Notes: generated from the sequence alone by a model not told the origin. 64,000 nt of DNA from Octopus bimaculoides (GCF_001194135.2 NC_068985.1:25357254-25421253), one strand, 5' to 3'. Shown: positions 12,459-26,077, numbered from the stretch's first letter. Numbers and translations are program-made.

Positions 12459-13680
12459 TTGGGTTGGCAAGAAAGTAATTTTGGTTTTTCAGTGTGAAAT
12501 AAGTCTTTTTTTTTTTTTTTTTTTCATACAAAGAATGAACTTTAATCAATTATATATTTTCCATTTTGTTCGATGACCTTTTGCCATCTTTCTGGCAATT
12601 TCATGATTCTGTGCTCATAGATCTTCTGCTCCTTATCAGCCAAAAACTGAAGCAAGTGTGATTTCAGGTCATCATCATTATTGAAAGTATTACCATTCAA
12701 AGAATTTTGCAGACTTTGAAATAAATGGTAATCTGATGGTGCAAGGTCAGGGCTATATGGTGGATGTAACATCACTTCCCAACCAAGCTCCAATAATTTT
12801 TCATGAGTTAGCAAAGACGTGTGTGCTGTAGCGTTGTCATGGTGGAACACAATTCCTTTCTGATTTGTCAATTCTGACCGTTTTTATTTGATTGCTTGCT
12901 CCAGTTTCATTAGTTGTTGACAGTAAACATCTGAATTGATCGTTTGGTTCCTTGGAAGCAGCTTAAAATACACAACACCTTTGTAATCCCACCAAATTGA
13001 CAGCAAGGCCTTTTTTTTTTTTGATGCAGTTCAGCTTTCGATGTGGTTTGTGATGGTTCATTATGCTTGGACCATGGTCGTTTTCAATTGATATTATAGA
13101 CAATCCATTTCTCATCACCAGTGATGATTTATTTCTAAAATAGGTCAATTTCATTGTGTTTGAGATGCATATTGCAAATATTGATTTGTTAAGTGCATCT
13201 CTTTCAATTTATGTGGAAGCCAAATATCGAGCTTCTTCAGTCCAACACATTTTAAGTGATTTTCTATTGTGTGTAATACATTTAACCTCTGTGCAATCTC
13301 TCGCACAGTTATATGACAATCAGATTCAATTATGGCTTCGATTTGGTCATCATCAACTTCAGTAGGTTGACCAGAACGTTGGTCATCTTTGAGTGAAAAA
13401 TCTCCAGAACACAATTTTTAAAGCCATTTCTCACATGTGTGTTTTGTTAAGCAATCAACACCATAAACTTCACAAATCTCTTTGTAAGCTTCAGCAGCTT
13501 TCTTGCCTTTATGGAAATAAAAAAGCAAAATATGGCGAAAATGTTCGTTTTTGCACTCCATGTTAAAAATGGACACTGAACTAACAGTTCTAAACAAAAT
13601 TACACACAATTTGCTTCTAAAGTAAGCTAAACGTAACTGCTATCAAATATTAAAAGGAAAAAAATCATAACATATTTTCT
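12459..13680 (-). mobile_element. Decayed mariner (DD34D), mellifera-subfamily-like (Famar1/Ammar1-like)
   Basis: TA plus TIR TTGGGTTGGCAA at 12457-12470. Frameshifted transposase pieces MECKNEHFRHILLFYFHKGK, ITGDEKW and FHHDNA..HPPYSPDLAPSDY. The other TIR is not recognisable. Confidence 0.9.
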
Positions 13681-14232
13681 AACAGATAATTCTAAGCATT
13701 AACAAGATTTATCTTTTTGTACCCAACTTGCTATGACCATTGTTTTTCTTTTTAACTTTGAAAATAATTTTTTTGAATTACCAAGGAAATTCACATCTAA
13801 CAAATATAACAGCGCTCCCCCATAGAAATAAAGAAAAATACTTGTCATTTTCCTGACAATGAAATAATCTTCCTCATATGCAGCTTTGTTCTCTGGCTGA
13901 TTCGTTTTTTATTATGACATTCACTTATCATTTCTTAGCTGTTGCTCTCATTCTCTAATTTAAAAAAAAATTTATTTATTTACTTATTTGAGTTAAGTAG
14001 GCAAGCTTCCAGCAGAGAGATATGGTGATAGAGTGCTGCCACTTGCAACACTTTACACAGTTATCAACATGTACAGGTTGAAAAATTTACCCAGTGGATG
14101 TCCACCACCAGGTATCCTAAGGCTTGAACATGTGGATAATGCCTCTTGATGTTACCTTACCAGTTGGTGCGTTAAATACCCATAAGCATATGATTATGAG
14201 GAGTCTGGAATGCAATCCAGCTAAATTGCTTA

Positions 14233-14975
14233 TACAGTGGGGTACCCAAAAGAACCTGGAATTTTGCAATATTACTTTATTCACTTGTTTACACTTTTAT
14301 TGCCTCCAAAGTATTCTCCATTTGAAGCAGTGCATTGGTCCAGGTATGTTTTCAACTATTCAGAGCAATGCTGGAACGCTTCCGTCATTTTTTCTTCACC
14401 TCTTCCACATCTGCAAATTCTGAAGCACCAGTTTTTGTCACCAGTGATGACTTTTGAAGAAAGGTCTGGATCAACTTCCAACTGTTTTTTCAGTTCACAA
14501 CACGCTTTCAGTCGTGACTGTTTTTAGTCATTTATGAGCAATCAAGGCATAAACTTTGTAACTTTTTCCATTCGCAATTCCTTGCTCAAAATTTGTTGGC
14601 AGGAGCTCCAAGACAACCAGTTATATCAACAAGTTCATCAATTGTTTGGTGAAGGTCCTTCAAGATCACTTCATGAATTTTCATGATGTTTTCAATCATT
14701 CGGGTGGTCAATGAAGTTGGTCTTCAAGCGACAAGTAACCATTCCTAAATCATGGAAACCACTCATAAACTTGTGTTTTGGTCATGGCAGCATCTTTGTA
14801 AGCATTACAACTGTTTCAGTCACCGTTTTCCCCACCAGAAAACAGAATTTCACAGAAGCATGCTGTTCCTTTGTTTTAGCCGTCACAAAAATCGACAAAC
14901 AGGAGAAGCACTGCAAAACGAAAACGCACCATGTGGCAGTGTGACTCCACCTGACATTGGCAGTTGGCAGGCTGA
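14233..14975 (-). mobile_element. Internally deleted, decayed mariner-like element
   Basis: Minus strand has KEQHASVKFCFLVGKT (mariner N-terminus) and a degenerate VITGD region. TIR-like TACAGTGGGGTACCCAAAAG at 14233. Confidence 0.7.
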
Positions 14976-17094
14976 TACCTGAGGGTCACATCAAGTGGTT
15001 TCTAGTGGCAGAAGCCTGAACCACAATGAGTTTGTCCCACAAAGAACGTTTCCTGTTTTGGGTATCCCCTCATATATGAGCTTCTTTCATCCCTTAGATC
15101 AGACCGATTCATTGCAGTGTGTTCTCATTGTACTCTGTCCGACATAATTTTGCAGCTCTGATGTATCCCAGTTCAGTTTGACTTTCACACTTGTCCTACT
15201 ATACACGACAATTCAGTTGTTGCCCTAATTAACCACTGCACATTCTCAAAATTTGTTTAACACTTATAAAGCAATGAGCTAAACCTGTATTATTTAATTC
15301 CCAAATATTCTACAAAAAAACTGCAATAAGTCAGAGCCAAATTAAGACTCATAGAGGTCCTAAACATTTAGAAGATGTTGGTGCCTCCATATATATGTCA
15401 TTCAAAATATAAACAATATTAAACCATAAAATATGTTTCTATTTTTCAAAATGAAACAAGAGTAATGGTTAGATGGAAAATAATGTTTATTTTCGACTAC
15501 TTCCACTTTATTTTCTCTTATGCTTTTTTAATTGCAAAGTCTTTGATCAGATCCTAACTATGACACTTTGAAATTATATTTCCAATCATATAAACCACTT
15601 TGAATATTTTTTTGTGCCATGAATCATTTACCATTTCTGTGGTGTCCCCCTCCCCTTCGCTTGATGCCCTAAGCACATGACTATTTTGCTTCATGGTTAA
15701 TCCACTGCTACTATGTATAGGAATATGTTTTATTTTTGTGTTGTTTTAATTTTCATTATACTTATATAATTGAAGACAACATATTATGTTTAGATCCTGA
15801 AGTCAAAACATTAGCACATACAATCATTGCCGATTAAGCCAAGTGAAATTGTAGTTGTGGCTGTTGCCGATGTCATGTAAATGGCACCCATGAAGTCGTA
15901 GCCGTGGCTGTTGCCAGTGTCTAGTAATTAGCACCTGTGAAATCATACCTGATACTGGCCATTGCCAGTATCAGGTAAATGACGCCCATGCTGGTGATAC
16001 TTAAAAAGCATCCACTACACTCTTGGAGTGGTTGGCATTAGGAATGACATCCAGCTATAGAAATTATGCCAAATCAGACTGGAACCTGGTGCAGCTCTCC
16101 GGCTTACCAGTTCCAGTCAAACCATCTAACCCATGCCAGCATGGAAAACGGACGTTAAATGATGATGATGATGAATAGTTTCCTAATTTGAACTCAGAAC
16201 ATAAAGATGAATGAAATGCCGCTAAATATTTTCTCTGGCATGCTAACAGTTCTGCCTGTTCCCCACCTTGCTGCCACCGGTAATGGAACTTGTGTGGGTT
16301 CAGGCCTTCTGGTCAACTGCTATCATTAGATAGCTGACTTCCACCATTCTGTGGTTAGGAATGTTATGGAACTTGTGCATGTCCATACATTTTGATCAGC
16401 TGCAGTCTTGGCAGATTGACCGCTAACAGTCTGTGAATGAATGTCTTCTCTTGACATTTTTGTTTGTTTTCATGGTTCTGCCACTTCTGAGATTGTCATG
16501 GTAGCTGCCAGTATTTCTGTAAATGATAACTATCCTCACATAGGAAGAATCACTTCAATTCAGATGCCAGCAATGCCCCTGCAGTGAACGTTCCCATCTA
16601 ACTGAACAATGCAAGACTGCTACAACATAAGCAAAAAACTTATTCGTCTTTCCATCTGTAATGTTGCAACTTGTGTAATACCATAAAAAATACCAGTGAC
16701 TCACTTGGAATCACAAATGTGAACAAGTTTTGCAAGTATTTTATTCATCATTCTAAATTTATAAAATTGCAAAATTTCAAACCAAACAGAGGAATAAATT
16801 TAAGATTGGAAGCCCTTGAGAATTATTATATGCTGATCTTGCTTTTATAGCAGAATCTATAACAACTAGAAAAGAAATTCCAGGTGTGTAAGCAAGAGAA
16901 AAAGTAGTGTTTGTATATGGAAGATGTACAGGAGCCATAATGTCTACAGACACATGGGAAATTGATTTTCTCAAATGTCCTGGAGGCTCTCTAGAAGCAG
17001 TAAATAATTTCTGCTACGTAGGTGACCTAATTAGCAGTGGAGGAGGATGCACCAAAGGTGTAATTGTTAGAATAATTGGATAGAGAAAGTTCAG

Positions 17095-17500
17095 AGAGTT
17101 TTTTTCCTCTGTTGGCAACCAAGTCTCTCTCAGTGAAAGGAAGATTGGATGATGTATGTGTATGGACAACAATGCTACATGCAGAGAACATGTGAAGACT
17201 AGACAGGAATGAAGCTGGTATGCTTTGCTGGATGTGCATTGTCAGTGTACTTAAGTGACAGGACACCCGTGAATTGAGAGGGAAGTTGGGCATAAGGGGA
17301 ATTAGATGCAGTATGCAAAAGAGAAGATTATACTAGTTTGGTCATGTGGTGGATATGAATGTGTAGAGTTATATAAAGAAGTGCTGATCTCTAAGTGGAT
17401 GGAACTTGTGGAAGAGGGGAAACACAAGAAGACATGGGACAAAATACTGGAGGCCAATCTCAAGACACTGCCTTATGAAGGAGATGATAAAGGACCAAGG
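17095..17500 (+). mobile_element. Degenerate RTE LINE 3' fragment
   Basis: Same RTE C-terminal pattern as 43990-44460 (LCWMC, W.GHV, KKTW), heavily mutated. Confidence 0.6.
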
Positions 17501-17816
17501 TATCTGGTGCTTTTCTGTACTCAAGAAGATTCGTCTACCACAGCAGAATTCATCATCGTCGTCATCATCATTTAACGTCTGTTGTCCATGCTGGTATGGG
17601 TTGGACGGTTTGACTGGGCTAGCACGCTGGAAGGCTGCACCAGGATTGAGTCTGATTTGGCATGGTTTTCTACGGCTGGATGCCCTTCCTAATGCCAACC
17701 ACTTTGAGAGTATAATGGGTGTCATTTGTGTGACACTGGTATCTGCCATGACTGCGATTTTGCTCAGCTTGATGGGTCTTCTTCTCAAGCAGAACGTAAT
17801 GCCAAAGGTCTTGGTC

Positions 17817-18020
17817 ATTGCCTCCATGAGTCCCAACACTTGAAAGGAACTCAGCCACTTTGCTTCTATGAGGCCCAGCTCTCAAAAAGAAGTCAGTCAC
17901 TTTGCCTCCACCAGGCCCAATGCTTGAAAGGTACTCACCACTTTGCCTCCATGAGGCCTGACGTTCAAAAGCTGATTTTTTTTTTATGTGCCACCTTTGA
18001 ACGTTGGGCCTCACGGAGGT
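17817..18020. repeat. About 4 imperfect ~42-bp tandem units followed by an inverted partial unit
   Basis: Units start TTTGC(C/T)TC(C/T)A..AGGCCC; 17996-18020 is the reverse complement of 17946-17971. Confidence 0.7.
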
Positions 18021-19504
18021 AAAGCGGCCGAGAACCTTTCAAGCATTGTGCCTGGTCCTAAAATCACCTTGATAATGCTTACTGCCATCAACCTTTACTC
18101 CCTACCTACAATTCATCGCCTAACATTCATCATTTCCACTTTCACCTGAGAGCAGAATAGGCACATACTACATCCCCTGTCTCTCTCAGTTACCTTCTCC
18201 CCTTCCCCCTCCTACTGTCTCTACCAATCGCGTCCTTTCTATGTCCCTTGTCTCCCTTCCTTGTACTGCTCTCCATCATAGATTCCTTGCTTACCTGTTA
18301 TCGCCGTCAATGCCCTCACATATCTACTGCAACCTCTACATTGAACTATATTTTACAATAACTTGGCAATGTTCTTATTTGGACAACATAATTAAAGAAT
18401 AACACGTCAGATATATTTTATTATTATTTATTATATAAAACAAATGTTAACAGAACTATATTTTTTTACTTCAAATATTTGCTCAAAGTTGAAAATATTT
18501 ACAGTTTGGTGTTACTTCAGAAAGGGTTATTTATTATTTTTTTTTTTTGGGTGGGGTTGTTTCCATTTTTGTAGAAGAACCAGTTGGTTTGACTTTTAAA
18601 AAATATATTACTTTTTTTTTTTTTTTGTTTATTTGCAATTATTATCACAACTTGAATTTTAAAATAATTATACATAACTTTAGAAAAGTAAATCTGTGTA
18701 ATAAGATATAAAAATATTGGAAGCACAGAATTTTTGAAACAGTTAACAAAATCATGAATGTGTAATTAGTTTGTAGAATTTGGGATTTGTTTCCATGAGT
18801 GTTACTAAGCAGTCAATCTCAGAAGGACTAACTTACAACAACATTTAGAGTGTTCTTTCATTTCCATTGAGAAATGGCGAAATACATTGCTGAGTACTCC
18901 ACTGTCAGGTGTGACATCAGCCTGCAGTCTTACTTATAAAGTGTGTTGAAAGATTAAAATTTTTAAGACTGACCAATATCCTGCGAGAGTCATAGTCTTT
19001 ACGTGCATCCAAATTTGATTTTTGCTTTTAAATTTGAGCCACTTTTAAGATAGCTTTAAATATTTTTTTTTTTTAATGATAGTTCTTATTATTTAATGTC
19101 ATTGTAACCATACAAAACTGTTTTTTTCTTTCTTTTAAATTAAAACTTGTTATTTTCACTCATGATCATTAGATACATTCATAAACATTAGTATTCCTAA
19201 TTTATTTCTAATTTAGTCCATTTCTAAAATTGAGTTGTATTATTCAGTTATGCATGATAATTTTTATCAAAAGAGAAAAATAAATAAAAAATATATAAAC
19301 ATTTTGTGGAATTCAAGCCATGTTGATTATAAAACATTAGGAAAGCCTTGTATATAAATATGTTTAGTTTAGCTCTTACTTAGGTTAATTGTTATATTTA
19401 TTTCTAGTATGAAAAAATATTGTAATTAGAGGCAAAAAAAAAAAAAAATGATAATTCTTAAGTTTTAACATTTTTGATATAGTGTCCTTAAAGAGAATGA
19501 GCAA

Positions 19505-19562
19505 TTAAAGTATAGTTGTGGTCTCTGTAAAGCCAGTTTTCTGCTGCGTGTCTTGAGGTTGG
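19505..19562 (-). CDS. PCDH15: PCDH15-like terminal coding exon (N)QPQDTQQKTGFTETTTIL* with class I PDZ-binding motif
   Basis: Strong TTTTTACTCTTAATTTTCAG acceptor in phase 2, TAA stop at 19505-19507. T-x-L C-terminus recalls Cad99C ...ETTTEL. Confidence 0.88.
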
Positions 19563-19860
19563 CTGAAAATTAAGAGTAAAAACATTTGTTATGGTTACTT
19601 TCAAAATGTTTGTTCATTAGAAGGTGAAAAAAAAAGTGGGGACAGCTTATTTATTGTTGTTGGCACTGTAGTCATTGAAATCACAAATACTTGCAAACAG
19701 TAAAAATATCTGCTGCAAGATGACAAAGAGCTTCACAACTCCTGAAAACATTGTATCTTTATATATGTTGGCAAGCTTTGATTGAGCTGATGTATCATCA
19801 GAGGTGTCCCAACCATGACTAACTCTTTTATTGTGTAGATTTAGACAACATTATTTAATG

Positions 19861-20188
19861 CAGGGGTTCTCAACCGCAGTCCATATGGACCCTCGGGGAC
19901 CATATAAAATTTTTGAGGGTCCCATGGATACAATCTAGTAAATTGGGGGTCCACAGAAATTTTTCAGGGGCCATGAAAAAACTGTGCTTCAGACCAGTAA
20001 AGTTTATATGCAATAAATTGGTTATATGTCCAAAATATACGAAATCTTAACAATTTTTATACAATTCTTAATATTCAATTATAAAAAATACAATAAGATT
20101 TTTAAAAATATCAAATGGCTATGAGGGTCCTTCTGAGTGAAATAGGAATCAAAGGGGTCCATATGTAAAAAATGGTTGAGAACCTCTG
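19861..20188. mobile_element. hAT/Charlie-type MITE in the last cadherin intron
   Basis: TIRs CAGGGGTTCTCAACC and GGTTGAGAACCTCTG; flanks ATTTAATG and GTCTAATG (6/8 match, candidate 8-bp TSD). Confidence 0.75.
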
Positions 20189-20324
20189 GTCTAATGCTTT
20201 TGCTTTTTTAAGACAGTAGTTTGTTTTCTAAAGAGGATTTGGTAGCCATTTCTAGCAAGATTAATGACCACATGGGTGCTCCCTCATTGCATTATATCTG
20301 GAGCAAGTCAACCTGACAACTTAT

Positions 20325-20640
20325 CGTGATCGTTACCAACGTCGCCTTCCTGGCACTTGTGCCGCTGGACTGGCTCCTATGCAGGTGGCACGTAAAATAC
20401 ACCATTTTGAGCTTGGCCGTTGCCAGTACCGCCTGACTGGCCTTCGTGCCGGTGGCACGTAAAAGCACCCACTACACTCTCGGAGTGGTTGGCGTTAGGA
20501 AGGGCATCCAGCTGTAGAAACTCTGCCAAATCAGATTGGAGCCTGGTGTAGCCATCTGGTTTCACCAGTCCTCAGTCAAATCGTCCAACCCATGCTAGCA
20601 TGGAAAGCGGACGTTAAACGATGATGATAATGATGATGAT
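20325..20640 (+). mobile_element. SINE family A (RTE-like (GAT)n tail), well-preserved copy
   Basis: Ends GGACGTTAAACGATGATGAT. Near-identical opposite-orientation copies at 40748, 53686, 57371 and 3670; further copies near 2302, 15840, 17546, 22610, 25590, 30100, 51655, 56040 and 63440. Confidence 0.85.
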
Positions 20641-21270
20641 ACACCATTTATATAATGCCTCTTTTTTTTATGGTTGCGATCTCTAACTCTATATGATGGG
20701 AATTTACAGGTTGGCAAACCAGAGCACTGGGGGACGCAGGATACAAAATATTTTCTATTTAGTTGACTGACTAACTACATCTCAAGAACTAATCAACCAT
20801 GGTAGCTTGCCTTGTAATTAGTTTTGTTTTGATGACATAAGAAAGGAAGAGAAGAAAACAGTTTAATATCTTGGGATTTCTCTAAGAATTTAATTGGTAA
20901 GAGAGATGATTGTTATCTTGTTACACAGGATTATTGAAAATCTGAACAGTGTAAAAAGGTAAAGACCCCGCTTCAGTCATGAATGACCATGGGATTGCTC
21001 CTAGAAAGTTCCCCTCTGAGGCACAAGTCCAGGCAAGGTTCTTTATGGAAGATCAGCAGTCACCCATGCATACAAGCCTCCCCTCTGCACGCCACTGATG
21101 TTATCCAAGGGAAAGGCAAAGACTGACACAGCTTGGCACCAATGACGTCGCAACTCATTTCTACAGATGAGTGAACTGGAGCAAGCTGAAATAAAGTGTC
21201 TTGCTCAAGAACAACCTGGTCTGGGAATTGAACTCACTATCTCATGATTGTGTTTGAACAGTATACTCAC

Positions 21271-21416
21271 TTGTTAAATAATGGATTTACAGCTGAGGCA
21301 ACACCAGGATCTGCACCCTGATGTTCCACCCGTCGCAGTGTGTCCCCTTCAAATGTCATGTTGATTTCACCAAGGTCCCGCTCGGCTTCATCAGGTGGCA
21401 CATACATATTTAGTGA
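21271..21416 (-). CDS. PCDH15: PCDH15-like cytoplasmic exon SLNMYVPPDEAERDLGEINMTFEGDTLRRVEHQGADPGVASAVNPLFN(N)
   Basis: TTTCTTTTCAG acceptor, GTGAGT donor, phase 0 to 2. ETQxLxMxVPPD motif continues across the junction. Confidence 0.92.
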
Positions 21417-22387
21417 CTGAAAAGAAAGTAATACAAATCAACTGTAACTATTTAAGCTTTAATTTAAGAAAAATACTTTTAACCTTTTCGAAAAAGAAGC
21501 AAAGATTACAGAACTAATTACTTCCACCTTAGCGAAAGCAGAGGTATTGTTTTCAGTTGTTTGTTTGTCCATGGACAAGATATCTCAAGAACTGCTGGAT
21601 TGATTCGAATGAAACTTTCACGACTGGCACAAACTGATTAGATTTTAGAATCGATCCAGTACTGGAAAAAAATTCTGGATTATTTTTCATGTTTTTTACT
21701 TAATTTTTGAGAGCAGTCGTTCATTTTTAGTATTCTCATTTGTAAGAGGATTCAAGTTTATTTCAGATATTCTCATTTTAAAAATCATCTCTGGCTAATC
21801 ATTGAGAGGACGTTGGTGTTGCCTTGGCTGAGATTTGTGCTCTGAGTGCTCTTGTGTTTTATTTTTGGTATAAAATTCAGATTTTGAAATCTGCTACATC
21901 AATGTCAAAGGAAATATAAGAGAACAGAAATGCACTATAAGTTACAGTTATAAAATTAAGGACTATAATGTGCAGTTAAGAATTCCACTTTGTAGTTAAG
22001 GGTTTAGGGTTCAGTCTCACTGTATGACTTCTTTGGGGAATGTATTTTACTACCACTCTGGGCAAACCAATGCCATGGGAATTAATGGGCAGAAACTGTA
22101 TTAAGCCCAATGTACATACATACATAAGTGAGAATTATATCCCTAGATCAGCGAGCCTCCTCCATTAGCTGTTGGACTTGTAATACATACACACACACAC
22201 TTATTTATGTTTTATCTTTTACTTGTTTCAGTCATTAGACTGAGGCCATCCTGGGGCACTACCCTGAAGAATTTTTAGTCAAATGAATTGACCCCTGTAC
22301 TTATCCTTTTTTTTTAAGCTCAGTACTAATTCTATCAGTCTATTTTGCTAGACCCCCCCCCCCCATATGTATATATATATATATATA

Positions 22388-22545
22388 CGATTAGTTTCTT
22401 TCCACTTCTGTCAACCAAATACACTCAAGGCTTTGGTTAGCCCAAAACTATAGTAGAAGACACTTGCCCAAAGTGCCACGCAGTGGGACTGAACCCGGAA
22501 CCATGTGGTTGGGAAGCAAACTTCTTACCACGCAGCCATGCCTCT
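22388..22545 (-). mobile_element. tRNA-derived SINE family E
   Basis: GGCTGCGTGGTAAGAAG..GGGTTCAGTCCCACTG head. Copies near 34568, 40165, 41925, 52035, 55735 and 56700. Confidence 0.75.
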
Positions 22546-23339
22546 CTCACACTTTGACTCCTCGTTCCATAATAAAGCTATCACCCTCTCTTCTGTAGCC
22601 CTACTCAGTTGAAGGTGATCTTAGTCTTGCAAGCTGCATGATGACCTCACTTGTGCTGGTGCCACAAGAAAAAAAGAAGTACCCCCTACACACTGTAAAG
22701 TGATTGGTATTAGGAAGGGTAACCAGCTGTAGAAATCATGTCAAAGCAGACACTGGAACTTGGTACAGTTTTCAGACCCATCAGATCCTGTCAAACTGTC
22801 CAATATGAACATTGATGATATATTTATGTGTGTATGTATGTATGTGTGTGTTTGAATGTTGATATTTTGCTTGTCACCATTTGAGCAAAGTGGTGCCGAT
22901 GCTGGCTTTCCTTAACATAATGAATGGATTCTGCTCTTTTGAAGACTTCTGGATTATAAAATCCCATACCCGAAAAACAGGTAAGTGTTGGTGATAGAAA
23001 GAGCATCTGGTTGTAAAATCCTCACGCAAAATGAATTCTCATTCAAGCCATGCTAGCATGGAAAATCAGATGTTAAACAAATGCATGATGTGTTTGCGTC
23101 TCCTTGTCTTGACTTCGCATGATTGTTGTAAATGAGTATCACTGTCGTATAAGTGGTGTTATTCATTTCCAATTACCTTGCATGGAAACAGGTAAAGATT
23201 AGTGATAGGCAAGACTATTTAAATGATTCTTATTTTATTGATCTCATAAGATTAAAAGAGATCAACCTTGATGGGATTCAAACTCAGTAAAAGAATGCAA
23301 ATAAACACCATTTTTTGTCTGTTCTACCATATTTTTATC

Positions 23340-23600
23340 CATAACATTACACATGAAGAATGGATAGCACCAAAGATCCTGCCTTTTGCATCCAGACTAA
23401 GGATCTAATACTGTAACAGCTTAGGATTCAAAGGTTCCAACTTTTCAGTACCTTGCAAAAAAGCCTCAGAGATCTACAAAGAGTAGATATGGATGTGTTC
23501 CAAGAACGTTTAGACAAATTTATATCTGAGGTACCTCTAACCTTTCATTCTCTGACACGAGTTCCCCTCCTGAAATGGTGGTGCCCCAGTATGGCCATAG
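23340..23600 (+). mobile_element. CR1/L2-like LINE 3' fragment
   Basis: KSLRDLQRVDMDVFQERLDKFISEVP resembles a CR1 ORF2 C-terminus. Confidence 0.5.
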
Positions 23601-24444
23601 CCTCTGGCAGAACTCAAGGGAAGAAAAGAAAAAGGAAGAAACTACGACATAAAAATGCCCCTATTTATAGCATTGGGCATTGTATAGATGGAAAATTAAA
23701 ATCCTTGATACAAAAAAAAAAAAAAAAAAAAAAAAAAGCTATCAAAAATCTTGTTTTGCAAGATTTCTTAAATCTAGAATTTAATAAAGGCCAAAAAAGT
23801 AGAAACAAACACATAGCTGAATAGAATAAACTAGATAAGATAAATAAACCAGACTATTTTCCTAAAATAGTCTATAAACATCAAACAAGTTGAACTGGTT
23901 TTTCAACTATTATAAATGGCTTAAGAAATGAATCAACAAGACCAACATTACAACATGAAATTGTGACATCTCTGAAATAAAAGCTAACAGGTTTCTTCTC
24001 TATTGGTATAGCCTAATTAAATAGATATCATTCTCGGGATGTAGAAAACTGGATCAGTAATTTAGGTTAAAATTACTTTAGCTTTAAAGTGTTGATTTAA
24101 GCAACTTAATTACCAACAAGAACTCAATATTTGATGGTATTTTTTGTGACAGACTCTGCTTAGCACACATACCCTAAAATTTAGCTTCTAAGCTTACCAT
24201 TCCAAAATCTTATCTCTTTTTTTCTCCTCCCCATCCTTTACTTTTTTCAGTAATTAGACTGACTGTGTTGGGGCCCTGCTTTGAAAAATTTTAGTTGAAT
24301 GAAGTTACCCCTTTATGTTTATGTTTGTTTGTTTTATTAAGCCTGGTATGTATTTTATCGGTCTCTTTTGCCAAAGTGCTAAGTTACAGGGATAATAAAA
24401 CACACCAGCACGAGTTGTCAAGTGTTGATGGGGGAGAAATACAC

Positions 24445-25110
24445 ACTCTTCTGTGCATCTCTTCAAATCTTTAGATATAATTCCTAATGCACCTAGAACT
24501 ACTGGGATACATTTTACCCACACTTTCCATGGTCTCTGTAATTCAATGGCTAGGTCCTGGTACTTTGCTATTTTTTCTATACCTCATATCAGTTTTTTTC
24601 ATCATCTGGGACTGTAAAGTCAATTATCTGACCCTTTTTATTCTCTTTATCTACTACTACTAAATCAGGCCTTCTAGCTTCTATTACTCTGTGAGTCTGA
24701 ATGTTAAAGTCCCACATCTTATATTTCTTACTTTCTCATACTTTACTAGGTTCATGTTCATACCATTTATCAGGATGGTCAAATCCTAGCTTTCTACATA
24801 ACTCCCAGTGGATCACCCTCCCTAGATTGTCATGTTGTTTCATATATTCTTTCTGTGCCAGCATGCTACATTCATTTACTATATGAGCAACACTTTCCTC
24901 TTTTGATTTGCATAACCTACTTTTGTTCTTTTTTCTGGTTTTAACTTCGTTTTTGGTTTCCCTATGTCTTGCCATGACTATAGCAACTCTTAATAAATTT
25001 TCTTCCCTATTAGCTACATAAGAGTCTATATCTACTCCAGCTAACTCCATGTAGTCTTCTACTGATATTAACCCTCCTCCACCTTCCTTTTTATTATTGT
25101 TATTACTAAG
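24445..25110 (-). mobile_element. 5'-truncated non-LTR retrotransposon with restriction-like endonuclease (R4/Dong-like)
   Basis: CRLCKSKEESVAHIVNEC..EYMKQHDNLGRVIHWELC..WYEHEP zinc-knuckle region and a PD-(D/E)xK-type PDLVVV region. 5' end abuts an (AAT)-like tract. Confidence 0.8.
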
Positions 25111-25224
25111 GAAGTGAGCTGGCAGGACCATTAGTACACCGAATAAAATGTTTGGAGGCATTTTGTCTCTATATATATATATATATACCCACACATATAT
25201 ATACACACACACATAATCATCTCT

Positions 25225-25586
25225 GTGGAGGCACAATGACCCAGTGGTAAGGGCAATGGACTTGCAGCAATAGGATCATGGTTTTGATTCCTGGACCAGG
25301 CATTGTGTGTGTTTATTGAGCGAAAACACCTAAAAGCTTCACGAGGCTCCAGCAGGGTGTGGTGGTGAACCCTGCTGTACTCTTTCACCACAATTTTCTC
25401 TCACTCTTTCTTCCTGTTTCTGTTGTACTTGTATTTCAAAGGGCCAGACTTGTCACACTCTGTGTCACACTGAATCTCCCCGAGAACTACATTAAGGGTA
25501 CACATGTCTGTGGAGTACCCAGCCACTTGCATGTTAATTTCACGAGCAGGCTGTTCCATTGATTGGATCAAATGGAACCCTCGTCG
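25225..25586 (+). mobile_element. SINE family B copy
   Basis: Same head and body as 37658-38000. Confidence 0.85.
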
Positions 25587-26077
25587 TTTTCCATGGGTTG
25601 GATAACTTGAAAGGATCCATCAAACCACAGGGCTATTATTAAACTCCAATGTCTGTTTTGATATCATTTCTGTGGCTGGGTGCCCTTCCTACCACCAACC
25701 ACTTTACAATGTGTGTGTGTGTGTGTGTGTGTGTGCATGGCTGAATGTATGTGTCAATGTTTAAATAGCCCATGCTTGTCACTGCTGGATTAAAGTGGGG
25801 CTGATATTAACTTTCCTTGTGACAGATTGCTCTGCACTTTCAAAGACCTGTGGAATAAAAATATCTCCTTCTAGAAAAACTGGTATGGGTTGGTGATAGG
25901 AAGAGCACCCACTTGTAAAATCCTATCAGAAATAAATCTCCATCTAAACCCATACCTGGAAAAATGGACAACATTAAATTACAAGAACAAATGGAATGTA
26001 AATATGTAATTCTTGCATAATATCTAAATAACAACAAAAACAATTAAAAAAAAGATCAAGTGAATATGTGTATTTAC

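Noticed and set aside
17817-18020. CRISPR-like appearance of the 42-bp repeats
   Set aside because: Contiguous degenerate units without unique spacers, no cas genes, and a eukaryotic SINE context.
16300-18350. Possible alternative cytoplasmic terminal exons (near 16430 and 18345)
   Set aside because: Weak acceptors, immediate or early stops, no PDZ motif, and repeat-derived surroundings.
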